This document shows positions 56,973-64,000 of a stretch of 64,000 nucleotides of DNA, piece by piece (the first letter of the stretch is position 1; each line of letters opens with the position of its first letter). The translations under genes were made by a program, and so were the position numbers. The stretch is from assembly GCA_018830005.1 (NCBI GenBank), contig JAHJTE010000003.1:199674-263673 (forward strand), written 5' to 3'. The stretch is from Candidatus Omnitrophota bacterium (GTDB lineage: Bacteria > Omnitrophota > Gorgyraeia > JAHJTE01). The notes beneath the pieces are model-generated. The model had not been told where the DNA came from and searched no databases. It saw only the letters and a program-made list of their open reading frames with translations.

Positions 56973-59309
56973 CTATCTCCAATATCTCTGCAGCGTGAAA
57001 TAACTCTTACGAAGCTGTCTTAAAAATGGGCTCATCGAACCATCACCCTGAGAGACGAGACCTAACCACTCCTCATACATAAGACCATCCGGAAACGGAC
57101 CTGTAAACAACCCCTTTATATCATGAACACCTGGCTCGTAAGCCTTCCACCATTCATCAGCCCATTCGAATACAACGCCGCCTAAGGCATTTCCGTAACC
57201 ATGTTTACGAAATGCAGCGTTACTCATTATATCGTGCCAACAGCCCTCTAGATAATGAGCCTGCGAGGTCTGCGCGTCTTGCAGATTTCTCGCATAGGCC
57301 GGACAACCAAATTCAGTAATAAATGCCGGCTTGTCGGCTTCAAAGAATACTGATTGCCAAAAATCTGCAAATCCAAAACTTCCCCGATAAGCATTTGCCG
57401 CAAAGATATCTACGTTAGGGCAACTTTGTGTAAATATATCTAAAAATAGTGTATCTCCGTTGACCAAAGCAATGGGACGCTCGGAATCAATCTTTTTAAT
57501 CTCACTAGCTACTTTATCGCAGAATTTATAGAAGGCCTCGGGTTTTTTATCCGCATTACAAGCCACCCCATAATTATTCTCATTTCCTAAAAGCCACATT
57601 AATATATAAGGCTCGTCTTTAAATTCTTTAACCATCTTAAGTGCTGAATCAAGCATATTCTTTTGATGTTCGCTATTTTCATAATCAGTGCCCTCGAACC
57701 AGCTTGCCCCTGAACCTATGGCATATTTTCCAAGAAAATCTCCCATCATCACCATAATCCCAAATTCGTCATAAAGCTTACGTAGCAATTTCTTATCAAT
57801 AGCAAACGGTTGATGATAGACCCTTATAGTATTAACTCCCATATTTTTCATTAACTGAAAATCCCCTATTGGGAATTCATCTTTATCCTGTATATTATTA
57901 TTATTTTTGTCAACGAAGGCATCGTAAGGGCCGTCAATTAAGCCATTATTGTTATAGTCATACTCCATCCAGTTAACAAGCGTACCATCATCTGGGCTTT
58001 GCCCAACCTTTGTTGGCGTATATGATATACCTTTAATCATGAACGGCTTACCCTCTACATACAAGCGCCAATGCCCATTGTCAAATTGAACTAACTTTAT
58101 CTTTTCCCCGCCAATTTTTTTAGTGACCTTAACCGTCAACCTCTCTCTCTTATCTTTCAATCCAACTTTCTCAAACAGGCCGATTCGTTTTAATTTGCCT
58201 GGGTTAGTTATTACTTTATCATTGCTGATATCTTTATCAAATCCATTGATGACTCTTATCATCGCATCCTCGAGTTTTATGCCAACATTTGGATGGCGAA
58301 AACTCAAATATTTGATTTTGGAAATTGCAACTGGCCCAACATACCAAGGTGTCTTCCAATAGGTCCAACCGTAACTGCCAGGGAAATGAACCACTATTGC
58401 ATAATAAGCCTTAATAGCATTTTCGATTAATCCAGCCCGCTCCAGGGCAAGTGCTGTATAAAAAAGCCTTACTCCCTCTAGCTCTGAGGCAATTGCCCAT
58501 TTATAGAAATTTGCTTCTAAATCCGGAGTGTATAAAAAATCCCAATGGCTACCTAATAATCTACCCTCTTTTAAGGCCTTTCTGAAATTAGGGTCCCAGC
58601 GAACGCTGGTAGTATTAGGATATATCCCTTCGCCTATTGCAGCTGCCAATCCTTCTTGATCAGTAACCTCATATTTATAATCTTCAGTTCCGATACCTGA
58701 AAATTTACCATATTTTCCATAGTCAACTATTTTTTCCGCTCCAGCATCATAAAGAGTTAATTGCGTAGCTGCCCTGTCCGTTAGCTCTTCTTCTCTTGAT
58801 TCCTCCTTAACCTCCGGCTTCCCTTTCTCTATTAATTTTATCTTATCCAGAATTGCCTGTGCCTTCTCTTCAACCGACCAAAACCAGCCGCGGGGATCCC
58901 AAGCCTGAGCAAACGAATAATCCTGAATTATCTGCCCTAGATCCTGCTTGGCTTTATTATATTGACCGACTTTAAAATATGCCTCGCCTCGAACAAATAA
59001 ACAAGTTGCCACATCGTTTAAAGCAACGTATTCTCCGGCCTTGTCTCTTCCGGCTAAACACTTTAAACTAACTTGCTCTGCCTTAGCTGCTTGGGCATAA
59101 TGCTCAATACATCCTTGAGTGATTTTATCTAACGCCTCTAAATCCTTTTCGCTAGATGCATTCCAGGCTTTTCGCACATACTCTCCAGAGGATAACATCT
59201 CCTCTGCAGCTAAAGTAGAGGGCAGAGAGTAGAAAGTCGCAAGAAAAAACAAAAGAAACAAAATTAAATTTTTTATTTTTGATTTTTTATTTTTGATATT
59301 TATCATCAT
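56973..59309 (-). CDS. Glycoside hydrolase, clan GH-A, with N-terminal helical/TPR-like domain (paralog of 54369..55670)
   Basis: 778 aa with a signal peptide. LLGNENNYG, ITEFGCPAY and GVVFEWADEWWK. Confidence 0.65.
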   Translation of the reverse strand: MMINIKNKKSKIKNLILFLLFFLATFYSLPSTLAAEEMLSSGEYVRKAWNASSEKDLEALDKITQGCIEHYAQAAKAEQVSLKCLAGRDKAGEYVALNDVATCLFVRGEAYFKVGQYNKAKQDLGQIIQDYSFAQAWDPRGWFWSVEEKAQAILDKIKLIEKGKPEVKEESREEELTDRAATQLTLYDAGAEKIVDYGKYGKFSGIGTEDYKYEVTDQEGLAAAIGEGIYPNTTSVRWDPNFRKALKEGRLLGSHWDFLYTPDLEANFYKWAIASELEGVRLFYTALALERAGLIENAIKAYYAIVVHFPGSYGWTYWKTPWYVGPVAISKIKYLSFRHPNVGIKLEDAMIRVINGFDKDISNDKVITNPGKLKRIGLFEKVGLKDKRERLTVKVTKKIGGEKIKLVQFDNGHWRLYVEGKPFMIKGISYTPTKVGQSPDDGTLVNWMEYDYNNNGLIDGPYDAFVDKNNNNIQDKDEFPIGDFQLMKNMGVNTIRVYHQPFAIDKKLLRKLYDEFGIMVMMGDFLGKYAIGSGASWFEGTDYENSEHQKNMLDSALKMVKEFKDEPYILMWLLGNENNYGVACNADKKPEAFYKFCDKVASEIKKIDSERPIALVNGDTLFLDIFTQSCPNVDIFAANAYRGSFGFADFWQSVFFEADKPAFITEFGCPAYARNLQDAQTSQAHYLEGCWHDIMSNAAFRKHGYGNALGGVVFEWADEWWKAYEPGVHDIKGLFTGPFPDGLMYEEWLGLVSQGDGSMSPFLRQLRKSYFTLQRYWR

Positions 59310-59380
59310 CCTACCAGCGCCCCCCCCAGTAATATCCTTGATAATAAGTTTGACATCAACTTATTTTGGACGTTTCATAT

Positions 59381-60847
59381 CTAACCCTGCTCCTGTCTTT
59401 CTCCTCTTCGCCTTTCCACCTGCGCACGAATTTCATAGGCCTTATCTTCGGTGATTGAGAAATTCTTAATGACGAAAATAGCCGCTATAGAGGTCACAAT
59501 TGGAATACCGATATCGCACAAGCGCATATTCAACAACGTCCGCGCTGATTGGCCGAGACCTAATGCAACATTGAAGCCGGTTAGATTCAAGAGGACTCCG
59601 GATATAGCCGATGAAAGTGCGACTCCCACCTTTACCATCCACCAGTAAATAGCCCCAAACATACCTTCTCTACGCGTGTTGGTGGTAAGTTCGTCAAGGT
59701 CGCAAACATCTGCGACCATAGAGTTGACTAAGGTGAAAAGTGACCCCAGGCCGAATCCCATGAATGGAGCAGCGATCAACAGTAAGTACGGATGCTCGGG
59801 GCTATACCCAATCCATTTCAAAGCATAACCAATGATTGAAAGCGGAATAGTGATAAAAAATGTGTTTCTCTTCCCAAACTTCCTTGACAGCCGTGTGGTC
59901 ACGTAAATGGCACCCATAGTACAAATAGCGCTGAATGTTCCAAAACAACCAAGCAATAAACCACCTTTTGCATAAGCTTGATCAAGAACAGGAGCATTCT
60001 TAAAGACATAGAAGAAAACAATATAGAGAGTAAAAGCTGACGCGCACATGAATCCGCCAAAAATCAGCAAGGTGAATATGCACAGCTTGCGAAATGGTTT
60101 ACATTTAAGAGTGATGAAACCCCCGCCAAAGAATTTTTTCATCACATTCAAAGGACCCTTGATATTAGGCTTTGGTAAGTTGTGGAAGTATTCTTTATTA
60201 AAGATAGCTGGAACTATACCACACACAATGATAACGGTACCAATGATAATGGCCAAAACACGTCCGCCATAAACGATATCCGGGAACCAGTTCCGGTTGT
60301 GCATAATAGCCCAGCACCAAGGAGCGATGAGCCAAGGCAATTGACCGACAACATTGCTGGCCCCCTGCAGGCGTGTCCTCTCGTGATAATCAGGGGTCAT
60401 TTCATAGCCAAGGGCGATCCAGGGGATGGAAAAACATGTAAATCCGATAAAATAAAGGGCCTGGATTATTCCGAAATACGAGATATAGAAAAGTTCGCTA
60501 TGCCCTTTATGGAGTTGAAACATAAAGGCGTAACAAATCCCCCCGGTAATCGCACCAAATAATATAAGCGGCCTACGGCGCCCCCAACGAGTCCGCAGAT
60601 TATCAGAAATGAAGCCGGTTATAGGATCTGATATGGCATCAACGATACGGGGAATGGCTCCGACCAAGCCCACTAAAGCGGGATTCACGCCTAACCCAAG
60701 GTTTAGAACAATTACCATCTGTGTAATAAAAGCAGCTTGAGAAGTATTCGCAAATGCCCCTATACTATATGCGGCTTTTTGAAAAAGAGTGATGCGATCT
60801 TTGAGGGCTGTGACATGGTGTTTAGGTTGACCAGCTGATTGTTTCAT
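59381..60847 (-). CDS. MFS transporter, glycoside-pentoside-hexuronide (GPH):cation symporter family
   Basis: 488 aa, 12 TM. N-terminal GPH-like sequence DRITLFQKAAYSIGAFA...PRIVDAISDPITGFISD. Confidence 0.7.
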   Translation of the reverse strand: MKQSAGQPKHHVTALKDRITLFQKAAYSIGAFANTSQAAFITQMVIVLNLGLGVNPALVGLVGAIPRIVDAISDPITGFISDNLRTRWGRRRPLILFGAITGGICYAFMFQLHKGHSELFYISYFGIIQALYFIGFTCFSIPWIALGYEMTPDYHERTRLQGASNVVGQLPWLIAPWCWAIMHNRNWFPDIVYGGRVLAIIIGTVIIVCGIVPAIFNKEYFHNLPKPNIKGPLNVMKKFFGGGFITLKCKPFRKLCIFTLLIFGGFMCASAFTLYIVFFYVFKNAPVLDQAYAKGGLLLGCFGTFSAICTMGAIYVTTRLSRKFGKRNTFFITIPLSIIGYALKWIGYSPEHPYLLLIAAPFMGFGLGSLFTLVNSMVADVCDLDELTTNTRREGMFGAIYWWMVKVGVALSSAISGVLLNLTGFNVALGLGQSARTLLNMRLCDIGIPIVTSIAAIFVIKNFSITEDKAYEIRAQVERRRGERQEQG

Positions 60848-60976
60848 TAATCGATCTCCGTTTTTTTAATCAAATTAATGCTTGCCTAGGGCTGCCCTAG
60901 AGGCGAGCCGGCAGGCAAGGATAAATATGGTAATTATAAAAATTAATCTTGGCGTAAGTAAGCTTAAACACCTTTT

Positions 60977-61903
60977 TTATGGAAATGCCACCCGAGAAGT
61001 TACTCCCTTGACAATATACTTCTGCATCAACAGGTATAAGACAATTATAGGTAGGGCCGCTATAGTAAGCCCTGCCATCAAAAGTGGGTAATTAGTCAGG
61101 AACTCTCCCCGAAAAATCATCAACCCCCGTTGAAGAGGCATCAGGTCTTTACTATTAAATATTATCAAAGCCAGTACATATTCGTTCCAAACATTCAGGG
61201 CGTTAAAAATCACCACCACCGCAAGCGCCGGCTTGGCAAAGGGCAGAGCCACATGTCTATAAATCCCCAATCTGTTGCAGCCGTCAATTCTGGCGGCATC
61301 CTCTAACTCTTTAGGTATCTTATCGAAATACGTCTTAAGCAAAAATATGCTAAAAGACAGCCCCACGTTAATAAGGCATAAAACATACCCTAGCCGCGTA
61401 TTGACCAAATGAAGTTTCACCATAAGCACATATAAAGGAACGAAACTACCAGGCAGCGGTATCATCATCGCGGCAAGAAACATGATAAAGAATGCGTTTC
61501 TTCCGGGAAATTTCAATCGCGAAAACGCAAATGCTGCCAGCGATGATACTAAAACTATGCCGAATACTACAGTAGAGGTATATATTAAGCTATTAAAGAA
61601 ATACCTACCGAAATTCCCCTCTCTCCAGGCCGTGACATAATTCTCGAAATGCGGCTGGGCAGGAATTATGCTCATGTCAGAAAAAACCGTGCCTTGAGTC
61701 TTTAACGAAGAACCAAACATCCATAATAGAGGGAAAAGACAGGTAATCGACACTGAAATCAATAAAAGATGAACTAGGATGTTTGTGGTGGTTTTCTTTA
61801 CCCTAAAAATCATCATTATGCCTGCCTCATATTTTGCGAGACCCTCTTCTGTATAAAGGAAATTGCCAGGAGGATTGCGCCGAATATTATACTCTGTGAA
61901 CAA
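60977..61903 (-). CDS. ABC sugar transporter permease (MalG-like)
   Basis: 308 aa. EAA loop DAARIDGCNRLGIYRHVALPFAKPAL. Confidence 0.85.
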   Translation of the reverse strand: MFTEYNIRRNPPGNFLYTEEGLAKYEAGIMMIFRVKKTTTNILVHLLLISVSITCLFPLLWMFGSSLKTQGTVFSDMSIIPAQPHFENYVTAWREGNFGRYFFNSLIYTSTVVFGIVLVSSLAAFAFSRLKFPGRNAFFIMFLAAMMIPLPGSFVPLYVLMVKLHLVNTRLGYVLCLINVGLSFSIFLLKTYFDKIPKELEDAARIDGCNRLGIYRHVALPFAKPALAVVVIFNALNVWNEYVLALIIFNSKDLMPLQRGLMIFRGEFLTNYPLLMAGLTIAALPIIVLYLLMQKYIVKGVTSRVAFP

Positions 61904-62889
61904 GCATACCCAAATCTAGAAGAGCCTATCATAGAATTTAGTATTCTAGTCACCGGCACCACGGTATGGAATACTGGGCCACCGTCGGTCATGGTAAGTA
62001 TTAAAACAAACGACTGCATAGAGCCTAAAACCGTCAGTATCGCCACGAGCACGAATACGGGGATCATCAAAGGCACGGTAATACCTTTAAATACCTGCCA
62101 ACTATTCGCTCCTTCAACACGTGCAGCTTCATAAAACTCGTGTGGTATAGTCTGCAATCCAGCAAGTAGAATAACAAATCCCCAGCCAAAACCTTTCCAG
62201 CTATGTACTATCGCCACACAGGTAAGAGCGGTCTTGGGATCGGACAGCCAAGACCTGGCTAGATTAGGAAAGCCTATTGCGTAAAGCCAGTGATTCAGCA
62301 ATCCATAATCTCCGTCATACAACCACTGCCATACCAGACCCACGACGACCGCGGATAATACCGGAGGTATAAAAAATATTATCCTGTAGAAATTCCCTGC
62401 CTTCATTTGTCTATCGCAGGCTAATGCCAGAATCAAAGCCAGGGCATTCTGGAAAGTTAATGCGATAAAGGTAATATAACCGGCATTAAACATCGACTGC
62501 CACCAGACTTTATCTTTCATGACCTCTATAAAATTATATAAACCTACAAATTTCATTGTGGGTAATATTCCATCCCAGTTATAATGACCCAGTTGTAAAA
62601 CTTTTATAAAAGGATAAATATAAAATATCGAAAAAATTGCTAAGGCAGGAACTATAAAAAGAAAACTCCTGAATTGACGTACTAGAATAATTTTAGTAAT
62701 CAGGCCAATTAGAGCCGAGACTACCAATAATATTATGATAGGAGATATGAATCTAAGGTTGTGGGATTTTTGATAAATTAATTCTGCTAAAGAGACAGAC
62801 AAGATAACTATGATTGATGTTGCTAAACCTTTTCTAAACCCCTTAAGCGCCCTATACCAATCATAGATATTTTTAAATAATATCATCAA
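61816..62889 (-). CDS. ABC sugar transporter permease (MalF-like)
   Basis: 357 aa. EAA loop EAARVEGANSWQVFKGITVPLMIP. Confidence 0.85.
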   Translation of the reverse strand: MMILFKNIYDWYRALKGFRKGLATSIIVILSVSLAELIYQKSHNLRFISPIIILLVVSALIGLITKIILVRQFRSFLFIVPALAIFSIFYIYPFIKVLQLGHYNWDGILPTMKFVGLYNFIEVMKDKVWWQSMFNAGYITFIALTFQNALALILALACDRQMKAGNFYRIIFFIPPVLSAVVVGLVWQWLYDGDYGLLNHWLYAIGFPNLARSWLSDPKTALTCVAIVHSWKGFGWGFVILLAGLQTIPHEFYEAARVEGANSWQVFKGITVPLMIPVFVLVAILTVLGSMQSFVLILTMTDGGPVFHTVVPVTRILNSMIGSSRFGYACSQSIIFGAILLAISFIQKRVSQNMRQA

Positions 62890-62897
62890 TCGTTTAA

Positions 62898-64000
62898 TTA
62901 GAAGCTCTCCTGGGACTCTTTCTCTTTTATAGCCTGCAATTCTTGCGCTAAGCTTTCAGGAGTTTTTTCTTTAATCAATATTGACTGAATGCCTTTTCCC
63001 AGTGCCTCGATGACAGCTGGAGACTCAGTCACTGGCCAAATGCCAGGATTAGTGGTGCTATCCATATCATCTGCAAACTGAGCCAAAATCTTGGGGATTT
63101 TGGCAAGCGCAAATTTGTTGGAAGGTAAGTTTTTAGTCTCACTCGATAAATATACCTGTTGGTCTTTATCTGTTAACCATTTTAAAAACTTTATTGTCTC
63201 TAGTTTCTTACTAGATCTATCATTTACAAGAAATGAGAATGAAGAACCTCCGCCCCAAATATACATAGGATTTTTTCCATTTACTTTTGGTGGCAAGAAT
63301 GCAGCATACTCTAGGCGGGGATTCATGCCATCATAAACATTAACACACCATGAACCATTAAATGCAAATGCCGCTCTTTCATTAGCAAATGTCTGCTCAG
63401 CGACTTTATTTTTCATTATGACGATTCCGGATGCTAAGGCATCTTTATCTACTAGTTCTTTAAATAATGAAAAGACTTTAATCCATTCAGGATCAGTATA
63501 AGGTAGGTCTCCTTTTAAAGTAGCGATAACCTTATCTTCTCCCATAATATTAAATGCATAATTGGACGCAAAGCAATCAATCATCCAAATCTCTCCCCAC
63601 CCCGAGACCAAGCCTGGCACACCAACTTTTTTTAGCTTTTGGATATCGTCAATAAATTCCTCCCAGTTTGAGGGTGGTCTCTCTGGATCAAGCCTTGCCT
63701 TCTTAAATAATTTTTTATTGTAAAGCATCTGGATATTCATTATATCAATAGGGGCACCATAGATGCCTGGCAATATGGCATAGGTATTATTCTCCTTGAA
63801 TTCCACCACCTCTAGAGCTTTAGAAAAGAAACATTCTTTCCAAAGGCCATTTTCCTCATTCATAGCCTCACTTAAATCTGCTACCTGGCCACTTTTTATA
63901 AATGCCGCAAAATCTCTCTTTTCACCCAGAAGTCCGTATATATCTGGCAAGGTTCTTCCTTGGGCAGCAGCGCGCACCTTTTGGCTATAGACATCAGAAG
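62898..64000 (-). CDS. ABC transporter extracellular sugar-binding protein (5' end beyond window)
   Basis: The ORF runs off the window end. Family-1 solute-binding-protein-like composition. Upstream of the two permeases. Confidence 0.7.
   Translation of the reverse strand, partial: SDVYSQKVRAAAQGRTLPDIYGLLGEKRDFAAFIKSGQVADLSEAMNEENGLWKECFFSKALEVVEFKENNTYAILPGIYGAPIDIMNIQMLYNKKLFKKARLDPERPPSNWEEFIDDIQKLKKVGVPGLVSGWGEIWMIDCFASNYAFNIMGEDKVIATLKGDLPYTDPEWIKVFSLFKELVDKDALASGIVIMKNKVAEQTFANERAAFAFNGSWCVNVYDGMNPRLEYAAFLPPKVNGKNPMYIWGGGSSFSFLVNDRSSKKLETIKFLKWLTDKDQQVYLSSETKNLPSNKFALAKIPKILAQFADDMDSTTNPGIWPVTESPAVIEALGKGIQSILIKEKTPESLAQELQAIKEKESQESF

Noticed and set aside
1-64000. CRISPR arrays, integrases, transposases, phage genes
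   Set aside because: No short direct-repeat and spacer arrays and no recombinase or transposase-like ORFs were seen. tRNA-flanked regions contain only small ORFs without integrase signatures.

Overview
This 64 kb window comes from a low-GC bacterial chromosome, and every credible gene in it (about 60 CDS and 9 tRNAs) lies on the minus strand. It reads as a core chromosomal region with a few accessory inserts rather than a mobile island. It carries a Firmicutes-like conserved block, on the minus strand in the order ispE, spoVG, tRNA-Gln, glmU, prs, ctc, pth, rpsF, ssb, rpsR, rplI, dnaB. It also carries a lipid A and outer-membrane cluster, on the minus strand in the order bamA, skp, lpxD, a fused lpxC-fabZ, lpxA, lpxI. 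Further genes are tRNA-modification genes (tadA, a short queG, mnmG), split transketolase, hisG, archaeal-type apgM, a class II RNR (nrdJ), corA and serS. An rtcB–archease pair sits directly downstream of serS. All four tRNA-Ser isoacceptors plus serS fall within about 22 kb, and an unannotated cysteine-rich 49-aa ORF lies between two of these tRNA-Ser genes. The 3' third (about 50.6–64 kb) is a carbohydrate-utilisation locus: LacI and ROK regulators, two paralogous clan GH-A glycosidases, a protein with a tandem-duplicated CBM-like domain, a GPH-family symporter and an ABC sugar importer. Candidate novelties are listed below. The first is an accessory cassette at about 9.8–15.2 kb encoding two ATP-grasp ligases, a kinase-like protein, a secreted acidic protein, an ArsR regulator and a GT4 glycosyltransferase. 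The second is a SpoVG carrying an inserted zinc ribbon. The third is a set of small unannotated, very basic or Cys-rich ORFs that have good ribosome-binding sites or promoters. The fourth is a putative NrdR box that lies immediately upstream of the -35 hexamer of a near-consensus promoter for nrdJ. No CRISPR array, integrase or transposase was seen.
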